A stretch of DNA of 64,000 nt, from assembly GCA_029263095.1 (NCBI GenBank), contig JAJCYA010000002.1, forward strand, positions 32,511 through 96,510. The letters are read 5' to 3'. A model generated the notes under the pieces. The model searched no databases. It was given only the letters and a program-made list of their open reading frames with translations, and was not told the origin of the DNA. How positions within the stretch are numbered: position 1 is the stretch's first letter; each line of letters starts with the position of its first letter. The stretch comes from Acidimicrobiia bacterium. Its GTDB lineage: Bacteria; Actinomycetota; Acidimicrobiia; Spongiisociales; UBA11373. The translations under genes were made by a program, and so were the position numbers. Shown one piece after another: positions 20,191-30,115 of this stretch.

Positions 20191-21624
20191 GTGAACGACC
20201 ATCCCCTGATCATCCAGGGCGGCATGGGTGTGGCCGTGTCGGATTGGCGTCTTGCCAAGGCGGTGTCTTCCGAGGGTCAGCTCGGCGTCGTATCCGGCAC
20301 CGGTATCGACGCTGTGCTCGTCCGACGACTCCAACTCGGTGACCCGGGTGGCGAGATCCGGCGCGCGCTCGATGCCTTCCCTATCCCGGGCGTCGTCGAT
20401 GACATTCTCGATCGCTATTTCATCGATGGCGGCAAGGCACCTGAAGCACGTTTCAAGCAGAAGCCGATGGGCAGACTCAAACCGTCCCGTCGCCTACAAG
20501 ATCTCCTGGTCGTCGGGAACTTCGTCGAGGTCTGGCTCGCCAAGGAAGGTCACTCCAACCCGGTGGGTATCAACTACCTGGAGAAGATCCAGGCGCCGAC
20601 GCTCCATTCGCTATACGGCGCCGCGCTGGCGGGTGTGGATTACGTCCTGATCGGGGCCGGAATCCCACGCGCTATCCCTGGGATCCTGGACCGGCTCTCT
20701 GATGGGTTGCCGGTCGAGATGAAGGTGGACATGAAGAAGGCCACCCCCGACGATGACCCCTTCGTTCGATTCGACCCAGTGGAGTACGGGCGCGGCATGC
20801 TCCCCCAGATCGGGCGACCTGACTTCCTTGCCATCGTGTCGTCCCACGTGCTCGCCAACATGCTGGTCAACAGGGTCGAATCCCGAGTTGACGGCTTCAT
20901 TGTCGAATCCCCAACGGCAGGCGGCCACAACGCGCCACCGCGCGGCAAGGTCGAGCTGAATGATCGGGGCGAACCCATCTACGGAGAACGGGACATCCCC
21001 GACCTGGCGGTCTTTCGTGATCTAGATCGGCCTTTTTGGATGGCAGGTCTGTACGCCAGACCCGAACGGCTCAAGGAAGCTCTCGCCGAGGGTGCGGCCG
21101 GGGTCCAAGTGGGCACAGCGTTCGCGTACTGCGAGGAGTCGGGTCTGCAGCTCACCGTCAAGGCTCAGGTTCTCGAGGAGAGCCGCAAGATGCGTGCCCG
21201 AGTGGTTACGGACCCGCTCGGCTCGCCGACGGGGTTCCCCTTCAAGATGGTGGCGCTGGCCGGGACCTTGGCCGACGAGGCGGTCTACGCCGACCGAACG
21301 CGTGTGTGCGACCTCGGGTATCTCCGAGTGGCCTACGTCGATGAGGACGGCAAGAAGGGATGGCGGTGCCCATCCGAACCGATCGACGACTACGTCCGTA
21401 AGGGCGGTGATGTTGCGGACACGGTTGGGCGAAAGTGCCTCTGCAACGCCCTCCTGTCCAATGTCGGCCTCGGTCAGATCAAGCGAGACGGTTCTGAGGA
21501 GCCGATTCTCGTGACATCGGGCGACGACGTAGTCGACGTCGCCCGATTCCTTCCGGAAGGCGCGGCCAGCTACCGGGCCAAGGACGTCATCGACTATCTC
21601 CTCACAGGCATCACCACGGGTTAG
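20191..21624 (+). CDS. Nitronate monooxygenase / FabK-like FMN oxidoreductase
   Basis: IIQGGMGVAVS, GAGIP, ESPTAGGHNAPP, GVQVGTAF, SPTGFPFK, C-terminal Cys cluster (CDLGYL..RC..KCLCN); TACGAT-N7-GTG start. Confidence 0.88.
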   Translation: MNDHPLIIQGGMGVAVSDWRLAKAVSSEGQLGVVSGTGIDAVLVRRLQLGDPGGEIRRALDAFPIPGVVDDILDRYFIDGGKAPEARFKQKPMGRLKPSRRLQDLLVVGNFVEVWLAKEGHSNPVGINYLEKIQAPTLHSLYGAALAGVDYVLIGAGIPRAIPGILDRLSDGLPVEMKVDMKKATPDDDPFVRFDPVEYGRGMLPQIGRPDFLAIVSSHVLANMLVNRVESRVDGFIVESPTAGGHNAPPRGKVELNDRGEPIYGERDIPDLAVFRDLDRPFWMAGLYARPERLKEALAEGAAGVQVGTAFAYCEESGLQLTVKAQVLEESRKMRARVVTDPLGSPTGFPFKMVALAGTLADEAVYADRTRVCDLGYLRVAYVDEDGKKGWRCPSEPIDDYVRKGGDVADTVGRKCLCNALLSNVGLGQIKRDGSEEPILVTSGDDVVDVARFLPEGAASYRAKDVIDYLLTGITTG

Positions 21625-21747
21625 CCCGCCGCCGGACGACGCTTCACCTTCGCCGCTCTCACAGGGGATCTGTCAGGTACCCGACAGAACGCTCCTAATC
21701 ACGTCGCCTGCTGGTTGATCTCAGGGAACGATCAAAGGCGTCGACAG

Positions 21748-22845
21748 ATGACAACGGACCTCGATCCTCAACCGGATGCGGTACAGGAGGAGTTGTGGCC
21801 GACTGAGGGTGGGCCCTCCACCACCAGGTCCTCTTCCCCATCGAGTTGGGTGGCAGGTATCACGGTGCTCGCCATCGCCGTTTTGGCGATCGGGTTCGCC
21901 ATTGGCCGATCGCTTGCCACCTCTACCCCGCCCGTCGTCGCTTCTTCCTCGCGAGGACCGATCGTCGTCACAGCTCCCGCTTCGCAACAAGCTGTTGACC
22001 CAGGCAACATCGCTGCGGTTGCGGCGTTGCTGAGTCCGTCGGTGGTCCAACTCGAATCCGACACGGGTCTCGGCTCGGGCGTGATCTTCGATTCTTCCGG
22101 TCTGATTCTCACGGCGGCGCATGTTCTCGATGGCGCCGACACGATCCGGGTGCGTTTGGCGGATGGGCGGTTGCTCCCAGGCACCGTGGTCGGAACGCAC
22201 CCCACCACCGATGTTGGTGTCGTATCCATCGAAGGTGATGGATACCCGACCGCGGTGCTGGGCTACGGAACAGCTGCGAGCGTCGGTGAGACGGCCATCG
22301 CCCTCGGCAGCCCGTTCGGGTTCGAGCAGACAGTGACGGCCGGCATCGTGAGCGCCAACGGCCGCAACATCAACGGCGTGCCGATGGTGCAGACCGATGC
22401 AGCCATCAACCCCGGGAACTCAGGCGGACCCCTCGTCAACGGTGTCGGGCATGTCATCGGCATCAACGACGTGATCTTCTCTCAGGGCGGGGGCAACGAC
22501 GGAATCGGGTTTGCGATCGCCATCGACATTGCGATCGTCGTGGCCGAACAGATCGTCGCCGGCGGCGACGTGCAGCTGGCAGCTCTCGGAGTGGCAACGA
22601 TCCCCAACACGAGTGGTGACGGTGGTGCCATCGTGCGTGAGGTCTTTGATGGCTCGGCCGCCAGCGACGCCGGATTCCAGATCGGCGACCGGATAGTCAA
22701 AGTGGACGGAAGCTCCGTGTTCGATCCCGGCGACCTTTTTGCAGAAGTTGTCACCCATCGACCGGGTGAGATCGTGGAGATCGAATTCTCGCGGGGCGGA
22801 CAATCGCAACTGATCTCGGTCGCTCTGGACGGTATCGAGCGTTAG
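21748..22845 (+). CDS. HtrA/DegP-like serine protease (TM, trypsin, PDZ)
   Basis: GSGVI, LTAAHV, TDVGVV, QTDAAINPGNSGGPL, C-terminal PDZ. Confidence 0.93.
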   Translation: MTTDLDPQPDAVQEELWPTEGGPSTTRSSSPSSWVAGITVLAIAVLAIGFAIGRSLATSTPPVVASSSRGPIVVTAPASQQAVDPGNIAAVAALLSPSVVQLESDTGLGSGVIFDSSGLILTAAHVLDGADTIRVRLADGRLLPGTVVGTHPTTDVGVVSIEGDGYPTAVLGYGTAASVGETAIALGSPFGFEQTVTAGIVSANGRNINGVPMVQTDAAINPGNSGGPLVNGVGHVIGINDVIFSQGGGNDGIGFAIAIDIAIVVAEQIVAGGDVQLAALGVATIPNTSGDGGAIVREVFDGSAASDAGFQIGDRIVKVDGSSVFDPGDLFAEVVTHRPGEIVEIEFSRGGQSQLISVALDGIER

Positions 22846-22912
22846 GCGCAGCTGCGATGTCGCGTGACCTGAATGGGATCCGATACCTGTCTCCGGACCA
22901 GTCGACCGGCCG

Positions 22913-23230
22913 TTAGCCCGCCTCCGTAGCCAGGTGGCTCTTGAGGATTGCGGCGGCGTAAGCCTCAGGCCAATCTGCCCCGTTGGTGGCTCTTTCCTGA
23001 AAGGCCCTGTCCGCACCGACCAGCAGATACACGAGGTCTGCGCGGGTTGGTATCTCACCGAGTCGACTTCCAAGCCTCGCCTGCAGGTACCGGGCGTACC
23101 ACATCGCCCACTCAGGATCGACACCGTCGGAGGCAGAGTACGCCGCATGGTGCCGGTGAGCGGTCTCCCTCAGGAGTTCGGCAAGTTCACCTACGCCGAC
23201 CGGACCCTCCGGCTCGGACGGTGCCCCCAT
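22913..23230 (-). CDS. Small helical hypothetical protein (105 aa) coupled to the Rieske/GltS gene
   Basis: TGATG overlap at 23228-23232; LAELLRETAHRHHAAY..SDGVDPEWAMWYA...WPEAYA. Confidence 0.75.
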   Translation of the reverse strand: MGAPSEPEGPVGVGELAELLRETAHRHHAAYSASDGVDPEWAMWYARYLQARLGSRLGEIPTRADLVYLLVGADRAFQERATNGADWPEAYAAAILKSHLATEAG

Positions 23231-24843
23231 CAGCCCACGCCGCCGTAGCGGATGCCCGTCAGTTCGGCCATGTCGTTCTTGAAGGTAGTGAGGTCTGCGG
23301 GAGCGAACTCGCTCAGGTGGCGATGGCCGGTCGCGCGAGCCAAGACCTGCATCATCTCGACGGTGGCCGAGAAGAATCTGGCCAGTCGCTCCGCGGCGGT
23401 ATCCACCGGCAGTCGCTGTCGCAGGTCCTCTCTCTGTGTAGCGATTCCGACCGGGCAGTTGTTGGTGTGGCACGCCCGCATGCCGATGCAGCCGATGGCC
23501 TGCATCGCAGAGTTGGAGACTGCCACCGCGTCGGCTCCCAGCGCCATCGCCTTGACGAAGTCGGCAGCGATCCGAAGCCCGCCGGCGATCACGAGCGTCA
23601 CATCGCCGGCGTCGGAAGCATCTAGATGCCTCCTGGCGCGAGCAAGCGCCGGAATGGTCGGTACCGAGATGTTGTCGCGGAAGAGGATCGGCGCCGCACC
23701 TGTCCCACCCCCCCGACCGTCGAGAATCACGTAGTCGACGCCCGCAGCCAATGCAGCGTCGAGATCCAATTCGATTTGCTGAGCCGACAGTTTGAAGCCG
23801 ACCGGAATCCCACCCGTCCTCTCCCGCACCTCGGCGGCAAACTCGGCGAACTGCTCCGGGTGGGTCCACTCCGGAAACCGAGGAGGTGAAATTGCAGGCG
23901 AACCCGGCTCGAGGCCGCGCACCTCCGCTATCTCTCCGACGACCTTGTCTCCGGGAAGATGGCCACCCGTTCCCGTCTTGGCCCCTTGACCTCCCTTGAA
24001 GTGCATTGCCTGCGCCTTCTCGACTTTGTCCCACGAGAAGCCGAACCGACCCGAGGCAAGCTCGTAGAGGTAGCGGTCGTTGGCCTCCTGCTCGGCAGGC
24101 AACATGCCGCCCTCGCCTGAGCAGATAGCGGTTCCCGCCTGCTGGGCACCCCGGGCCAGAGAGATCTTCGCCTCACGCGACAACGCACCAAAACTCATGT
24201 CGGACACAAACAGAGGGATGTCGAGGTGGAGCGGCTTGTCGGCCCTGGGTCCGATCACGACGTCGGTGCCTACGGCCTCGTCCTCCAGGAGAGGTGGCGT
24301 TGCCAGCTGCGCTGTCACGAGCTGGATGTCCTCCCATTTGGGCAGGCTGTCGCGCGGCACACCCATCGCCGCTACTTCTCCGTGGTGTCCGGTGAGGGTC
24401 AGGCCGTTGCTTGCCAGCTGACGGATCTGGCGGACGAATGGCTCCTCGGGTGTGCCATGCGGATCCTGATAGGCCCCCTGGTAGGCATCGCGGTCGTACG
24501 GCTGCGGGTTGTCCTTGGCCCACTCCCCGATCTCATCGGCGTCCACCCACACGCCGTCGTCCTCCACCCACGAGTGGAAGCGATGCAACCGCTCATCGTT
24601 CTGGTACTGAGAGACGCCCGTCCGGTACCGGTAGTCCCAGTTGTGGACGCCGCAGATGAGGTTCTCGCCCCGAATCGCGCCGTCGGCCAGATAGGCGCCG
24701 CGGTGGAGGCACCTGCCGTACAGCACTGAGACGGCGTCGGCATCCTTCCAACGGACCAGCACCAGGTCGACCCCCGCCACGAGGGCACTCGTAGGTTTGA
24801 GCTGTGGGAGCTCTGACCATGTCGCGATCCGTTGCGGCTGCAT
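23230..24843 (-). CDS. Rieske [2Fe-2S] plus FMN-binding glutamate-synthase-like fusion protein
   Basis: CLHRG...CGVHNW Rieske ligands; SDMSFGALS, SGEGG, GQGAKTGTGGHLPG, DGRGGGTGAAP, GCIGMRACHTNNCPVG. Confidence 0.9.
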   Translation of the reverse strand: MQPQRIATWSELPQLKPTSALVAGVDLVLVRWKDADAVSVLYGRCLHRGAYLADGAIRGENLICGVHNWDYRYRTGVSQYQNDERLHRFHSWVEDDGVWVDADEIGEWAKDNPQPYDRDAYQGAYQDPHGTPEEPFVRQIRQLASNGLTLTGHHGEVAAMGVPRDSLPKWEDIQLVTAQLATPPLLEDEAVGTDVVIGPRADKPLHLDIPLFVSDMSFGALSREAKISLARGAQQAGTAICSGEGGMLPAEQEANDRYLYELASGRFGFSWDKVEKAQAMHFKGGQGAKTGTGGHLPGDKVVGEIAEVRGLEPGSPAISPPRFPEWTHPEQFAEFAAEVRERTGGIPVGFKLSAQQIELDLDAALAAGVDYVILDGRGGGTGAAPILFRDNISVPTIPALARARRHLDASDAGDVTLVIAGGLRIAADFVKAMALGADAVAVSNSAMQAIGCIGMRACHTNNCPVGIATQREDLRQRLPVDTAAERLARFFSATVEMMQVLARATGHRHLSEFAPADLTTFKNDMAELTGIRYGGVG

Positions 24844-24918
24844 CCTGCTCCTCCGACGGTGAGGTTCGCCACCGTATCCACGACGGGCAACGGACTCCGT
24901 CAGCGACGAATTCCCGAT

Positions 24919-26217
24919 TCAGGGAGTCGGCTCCGGAGCGGTCGCCGGAGTGAGGTCCTCCCAGGAGTCGGTGGCGGCGTCATAGATCAAGGTGACTCCT
25001 GCGTTGAAGATCACGATCCGACCGTCTCCGGTGGGCGCCGCGGCGTGGACCCCGATCCAAGCCGGAGCCGGTGTCCGCGGTTCCCACTCGGCGGTCTGTG
25101 GATCAAACGCCCAGACTTCGTCGGAAGAGGCAAATGCCTTCGTGGTACCGCTCTCCGTGATCGTGGTCTGGTACCAAGCGCCGCCTATCACGAATACCAA
25201 GCCGGTACTGGGCTCGTACACCATCTGATGTAGCCAACGGGGCTCAGGTGTGGCGACACCGAATGTCTCTACTTCGGTCCAGACCAGGTCCGATGCGCTG
25301 AAGCTCCACATGGTGCCATCGCCAGCGGTGCTCTCTGTCTGGCCTCCCCAGAGGTAGATGAGTTCTGTGCCCGGGTCGTAGACCATCTGGTGACACGCCC
25401 TGGCTTCGGGCGCAGATTCTGTTTCGACGGCTTCCCATACGTTGTCGGACGCTTCATACACCCATGTGTCATCCAGCAGCTCCGCCCGATTGCGCGATAC
25501 GAATTCTCCAATCCCGCCGAGAAGCACCAGTCGATCCGACGTGGGGTCGTAGGCGATGGCATGGCCCCACCGGTCGGTGGGCGGAGCCGTCGGGGACAAC
25601 CACGACCACGCGCCGGAGGCAACATCGAGCGACCACATGTCAACCTCCGTATCGCGTACCAGTGCGAACCGGGAGCATCCCGACACGGGATCAGAACCGC
25701 CGCCCACCACGACCACCTCGCCCAGCGAGTCGACATAGGCGATGGCATGTCCCGCCCTCTGAGGGGGCACCAACGTGGCATCGAGCATTCGCCACCGATT
25801 CTCCGAGGCGCTGTAGAGCCAGGTATCGGCCAACACTTGGCCTCCCGTCCATGAGCCCCCACTTGAACCGCCGAACATCACAACGGTCTCCGAGTCGGGG
25901 TCGAACTCCATCTTGCCTGCGATCAACTCAGGCGGATACTGGGTCGGTGTTGTCCCGGTCGTGGGCGTCGGATCTGTGGTTACGGGGGTCCTCGGTTCGG
26001 GGACCGGATCCGGTGTGGCGGACTCGGAGGATGCCAAGGTGTCACTGGTGGCCACCGTTGTAGAAGGCTCCCCTCCGGTGACGGCGATGTAGCCGGCGAC
26101 GCCTATTCCGATCACAAACAGTGTGATTGTCACGGGCCAGAGGGCGGATCTGGACGTCTCATCGAGAACGGGCTCGGAGAGGAGAGCAAGGAGATCGCTG
26201 CGGTCGCTGTCCGCCAC
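24919..26217 (-). CDS. Membrane-anchored Kelch-repeat beta-propeller protein
   Basis: N-terminal TM, Pro/Thr stalk, repeated P..R..H.m.YD....v.l.GG...DTW.Y.....W units; TAGAAT-N6-GTG. Confidence 0.85.
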   Translation of the reverse strand: MADSDRSDLLALLSEPVLDETSRSALWPVTITLFVIGIGVAGYIAVTGGEPSTTVATSDTLASSESATPDPVPEPRTPVTTDPTPTTGTTPTQYPPELIAGKMEFDPDSETVVMFGGSSGGSWTGGQVLADTWLYSASENRWRMLDATLVPPQRAGHAIAYVDSLGEVVVVGGGSDPVSGCSRFALVRDTEVDMWSLDVASGAWSWLSPTAPPTDRWGHAIAYDPTSDRLVLLGGIGEFVSRNRAELLDDTWVYEASDNVWEAVETESAPEARACHQMVYDPGTELIYLWGGQTESTAGDGTMWSFSASDLVWTEVETFGVATPEPRWLHQMVYEPSTGLVFVIGGAWYQTTITESGTTKAFASSDEVWAFDPQTAEWEPRTPAPAWIGVHAAAPTGDGRIVIFNAGVTLIYDAATDSWEDLTPATAPEPTP

Positions 26218-26292
26218 ACGTCGATTCTATGACCCGACAGCCAGAAAGTGGGCGGGCGACCCGTAAGTCGGACAGAGCCGGAAGCGCTTGGA

Positions 26293-26321
26293 TGTCATAA
26301 CGGATCGTGAGTCGAGCGAGT
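26293..26321 (+). promoter_or_regulatory. Putative ECF promoter TGTCATA-N17-CGAGT
   Basis: Same motif and spacing as at 33728; ends 8 nt before the GTG at 26330. Confidence 0.6.
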
Positions 26322-26329
26322 ATCAGGTA

Positions 26330-26875
26330 GTGAGTGAGCCAGCCGATCGTGTCGGGGAGGGCGTAGCGACCCCCGTTGTCGGGGGCGTCGAACCGTTTGA
26401 AGCGTTCTACAGACGCGAATACGACCGCGCCGTACGGCTCGCCTACGTGCTGTCTGGGAGCCAATGGGGAGCCGAGGACCTGGTACAAGACGCTTTCGTC
26501 TCGGCGCACCGAAACTGGCAGACCATTGGGAGCTACGAGAGTCCGGCCGGATGGGTGCGGCGCGTGATCGCGAACCGATCCGTTTCCAGATACCGGAGAA
26601 GGGCTGCCGAAGGGCGCGCTCTGTTGAAGATGGCGGCGAGTTCTAGGAGGGTGCTTCCCGATCTCAGTCCGGAGACGGAGGAGGTCTGGGATGCGGTGCG
26701 CCGACTCCCCCGCCGGCAAGCCCAAGTGGTGGCGTTGACCTACTTGGACGGGTTGTCACTACAGGAGGTGGCCGATGTCCTGGACGTAGCGGTTCCCACG
26801 GTCGGCACCCATCTTCAACGTGGCCGGAAGGCTTTGTCTCACATCCTGGCGATCGCAGAGGAGGTCGAATCATGA
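26330..26875 (+). CDS. ECF sigma-70 factor (actinobacterial SigE-like family)
   Basis: FEAFYRREY..AVRLAYVLSG...AEDLVQDAF, region 4 LPRRQAQVVALTYLDGLS..EVA. Confidence 0.92.
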   Translation: MSEPADRVGEGVATPVVGGVEPFEAFYRREYDRAVRLAYVLSGSQWGAEDLVQDAFVSAHRNWQTIGSYESPAGWVRRVIANRSVSRYRRRAAEGRALLKMAASSRRVLPDLSPETEEVWDAVRRLPRRQAQVVALTYLDGLSLQEVADVLDVAVPTVGTHLQRGRKALSHILAIAEEVES

Positions 26876-27681
26876 AGCTCGACACCCGGCTCCAAGCTGC
26901 AGCGGACGAAACCCGGGACCAGTTGAGGGGGCTCACGCCACCGCCGCTCAGGTCGTCGAATCGACGCCTCGCGGCAGTTGCGGGCATCGCCGTCGCAGCG
27001 GCTCTCGTGGTAACGGTGATTGTCTGGAGCGGGATCTCTCCGCTCAGCCGTCCGGCCGCAGAGGGGATCTATCTCGCTCCGGGGGAGATTCTCCTCGCAG
27101 AGGATCCGACCGTCGTGCAAGGAGCGCCCGCCGTCGAGGCTCGATTCGATACTGCCGAGTTGGGTGAGGAAGCTCCGCTCGGTACCGTGACGGATGTCGC
27201 GGGATTGGTCTCTCGGATCGGCGAGATCCATGAGGGTGACGTCTTTAGGATCACGGTGATTGGTATCACCGGCGACGGTGCGACGGCGGCACTCGTATTG
27301 ACCGACACGGCCAACGGCGTGGATCCAAGCGGGCGAGTCCTACGGCTGCTCTGCATTTGGATCGACGAGATATCGGCATGCGGTGGGGCTCCTGCTGAGA
27401 GCCTTGCCGGCCAGTCCGGAGGGTTCCCGGGCGGTGAACTGGCGCCGTCGCTCGCGCTTAGCTTCGATCATCCCGGTCCAAGTGAGTTGGGGTGGGGATC
27501 GCTACCAGAAGGTACATCCGTGGTTGTCCTTGGTGTGAACGGCATCTCCCGATGGCAGCTGCCCGTCGGCGGAGTAGCAGTCTTCGACACCGATCTGCTT
27601 GACGGAGACGAGTTCGTCATGACCGCGCTGGACGCAGACGGCAACACGATCGTGCGTCAATCCTTGGTCGCCGGGGGCTGA
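26872..27681 (+). CDS. Single-TM protein, putative anti-sigma factor
   Basis: ATGA overlap with the ECF; short cytoplasmic MKLDTRLQAAA N-terminus, one TM, extracytoplasmic domain. Confidence 0.7.
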   Translation: MKLDTRLQAAADETRDQLRGLTPPPLRSSNRRLAAVAGIAVAAALVVTVIVWSGISPLSRPAAEGIYLAPGEILLAEDPTVVQGAPAVEARFDTAELGEEAPLGTVTDVAGLVSRIGEIHEGDVFRITVIGITGDGATAALVLTDTANGVDPSGRVLRLLCIWIDEISACGGAPAESLAGQSGGFPGGELAPSLALSFDHPGPSELGWGSLPEGTSVVVLGVNGISRWQLPVGGVAVFDTDLLDGDEFVMTALDADGNTIVRQSLVAGG

Positions 27682-27696
27682 CCGGCTGCTGGACTT

Positions 27697-28965
27697 CTAC
27701 AGATCGTTTCTGACGAGATCCTCGAGAGTCTCACGGCGGACAACCAACCGGGCGTCACCGGCCCGAGCGAAGACGACGGCGGGACGCAGCATTTTGTTGT
27801 AGTTGGAGCCCATCGAGTGCCCGTATGCCCCGGTCACAGGCGTCGCCAGCAGGTCCCCTACCGCTAGATCGCTCGGCACTTGAGCATCCCACGCCAGCAC
27901 GTCGCCGGATTCGCAGTGCTTGCCCACCAGCCGAATCGGCTTGGACCGCTCACCGGCCACCGACCGTGGCAGAAACGTCTCGTAGCCGCTGCCGTAGAGG
28001 ACCGGTCGCGGATTGTCGCTCATCCCCCCATCGACGGCGACATATGTCCTGATGCCCGGGATCTCCTTGATGCTGCCCACCGTGTAGAGCGTCACCGCTC
28101 CTGAGGCCACTATCGCCCGGCCCGGCTCTGCCCAGATTTGTGATTCGAGACCCAAGGATTCGGCGGCCGCTCGCAGTGTTGCGGCCCACTCAGCGATCGT
28201 GGGAGCAGACTCGCCCTCGACATAGGCCACTCCGAGACCCCCGCCGACCACCAATTCCGGCAAGTCGAAGGGGGCCGCAAAGTCGGCGACCACATGAAGC
28301 GCCTCGGCAAACGACTCCACTCGGAAGACTTGGGAGCCAATGTGGGTGTGTATGCCTCGCACATCGAACGCCGACGACTCCAGGGCTCGTCGGATGGCGC
28401 GTTCGGCGTCTCCATTGGCCACGGTGAATCCGAACTTGGAGTCATCCTGGCCTGTTGTCACGTACTCATGGGTGTGGGCATCGACCCCCGGCGCCACCCT
28501 GAGGAACACAGTAGGGACCGGGTGCCCATCCTCTACCAGACGCTCCACTCGGTCCATCTCGTCGAAGCCGTCCACTACCAGCCGCCCAACACCCTGCTCG
28601 AGGGCCATTTCGAGTTCGCGCTGCGACTTGTTGTTGCCGTGATAGACGAGTCGCTCCGGCGGTACTCCGGCACTCACTGCGACGAACGCTTCACCCGCGG
28701 TGGAAACATCTATCCGCATCCCCTCCTCGTGGGCCAGGCGGGCCATCGCCAGGCAGAGAAAGGCCTTGGATGCGTACACCGCCCCGTCACCAAAGGCGGT
28801 CACGGCTTGGCGGCACCGCTCCCGAACATGATCCTCGTCGTACACGAACAGGGGGGTACCGAACTGTGCGGCAAGTTCGATGATGTCGCATCCGCCGATC
28901 GTCAGCTGACCAGCCTCACCGAAGGCCGCGTTGTCGGGCAGCAGGCTCGTCGGTAGGGCGGACAT
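27697..28965 (-). CDS. lysA: Diaminopimelate decarboxylase
   Basis: GTPLFVYDE, YASKAF, HGNNKS, DSKFG, HIGSQ, EPGRAIV, GKHCESGD, GAYGHSMGSNYN. Confidence 0.96.
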   Translation of the reverse strand: MSALPTSLLPDNAAFGEAGQLTIGGCDIIELAAQFGTPLFVYDEDHVRERCRQAVTAFGDGAVYASKAFLCLAMARLAHEEGMRIDVSTAGEAFVAVSAGVPPERLVYHGNNKSQRELEMALEQGVGRLVVDGFDEMDRVERLVEDGHPVPTVFLRVAPGVDAHTHEYVTTGQDDSKFGFTVANGDAERAIRRALESSAFDVRGIHTHIGSQVFRVESFAEALHVVADFAAPFDLPELVVGGGLGVAYVEGESAPTIAEWAATLRAAAESLGLESQIWAEPGRAIVASGAVTLYTVGSIKEIPGIRTYVAVDGGMSDNPRPVLYGSGYETFLPRSVAGERSKPIRLVGKHCESGDVLAWDAQVPSDLAVGDLLATPVTGAYGHSMGSNYNKMLRPAVVFARAGDARLVVRRETLEDLVRNDL

Positions 28966-29019
28966 GGCCGGCGATGGTACCGGCCCCAGGATTCTCGAAG
29001 GGAAGGCCGACACGGCGAT

Positions 29020-29946
29020 CTATCCGGCGATCCCCTCCACAAGCACGTCGTCGATGAGCATCACATCGAAGTCGTCGCCGGGGATAATCATCGGGCCCCA
29101 CCACGCGGGGGCGGGGGCAATGCTGCCCGACCAAAGCAGGGCGAACCCACCGTTGACGTAGACCTCCACCGAACTGCCCGATACCACCAGGTGAAGCTCA
29201 TTCCAGGCATCGATCGTGAATCCGTCCGGAATCGGCGCCGACTCCTCTTCCGCGAACTCGGTGCCGCTCCATCGTTTGACCCAGACGTTTCCGTCGGCGG
29301 TGTCCACGTACGCCATCACGTAGAAGGCCAGACCGTCGGCCGGGTCCTCCGACAACACAACCGCTCCGTACTTGGCATCCGGCTGGTCCGGAAGCGGATA
29401 GAGCTGGAAAGTGATCTCGGCATCTGGGTACGCGCTGGGGTACATGACCGGTAGGACGAAATCGGCTCCCTTGCCCACGACCCGCAACCTGGCAGCATCA
29501 TCGACCGTCGCTTCCATGAATTCGCTTGGGAAGAGCGGGAACGCCGTCGTCGCCCCATCAAAGGAATCCGTGAGCAGCGGGGGAATCGTCGAAGTAGTGG
29601 TCGTCGTCGACGTCGTGGTGGAGCTGGTCGTCGTCGTGCTGCTGTTGGTGCTCGACGTGCCGGCGGTGGTGGTGGTGGTGGATGGCAGAGAGGTCGTCGG
29701 TGCGTCCGTCGTGGAGGTGGATTCGAGGGCGAACGTGGTGGACGAACCGCCCGGAAGCGTCACCAGCGGCTGACCCGGGTCCAGGGATGCACTTGAGTCG
29801 TCTCCGCCGAACCAGCCGAGACCAAAACCAGCGACCACCAGGGCGATGGCCGCACCCCCGGAATACAAGGCCCACGGAGGGAGGCTGTTGGAGCCTACGG
29901 TTGGACTTGGGCGTGGAGGCGCTGGAGGCGGGGGTGGTTGCGTCAT
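29020..29946 (-). CDS. Membrane-anchored protein with Thr stalk and concanavalin/DUF1080-like beta-sandwich
   Basis: Pro-rich N-terminus, TM, poly-Thr, DSFD...WNELHLVVSGSSVEVYVNG...IDDVLV. Confidence 0.7.
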   Translation of the reverse strand: MTQPPPPPAPPRPSPTVGSNSLPPWALYSGGAAIALVVAGFGLGWFGGDDSSASLDPGQPLVTLPGGSSTTFALESTSTTDAPTTSLPSTTTTTAGTSSTNSSTTTTSSTTTSTTTTTSTIPPLLTDSFDGATTAFPLFPSEFMEATVDDAARLRVVGKGADFVLPVMYPSAYPDAEITFQLYPLPDQPDAKYGAVVLSEDPADGLAFYVMAYVDTADGNVWVKRWSGTEFAEEESAPIPDGFTIDAWNELHLVVSGSSVEVYVNGGFALLWSGSIAPAPAWWGPMIIPGDDFDVMLIDDVLVEGIAG

Positions 29947-30115
29947 TCAAATCCAGGCTACCGACTGCCCCGCCAAACGAGCACCGATCCTCGCGACGTC
30001 TCCGGGACGGGGATGCTCTCGAGTCCGGCAGTCGCAGAGCAAGTCGGTCCGGCCATGGAGGAGAGCTCGCAGTCGGGTTCGCTCACCGACGCGATCGGCC
30101 CATACACTCCGGTGC

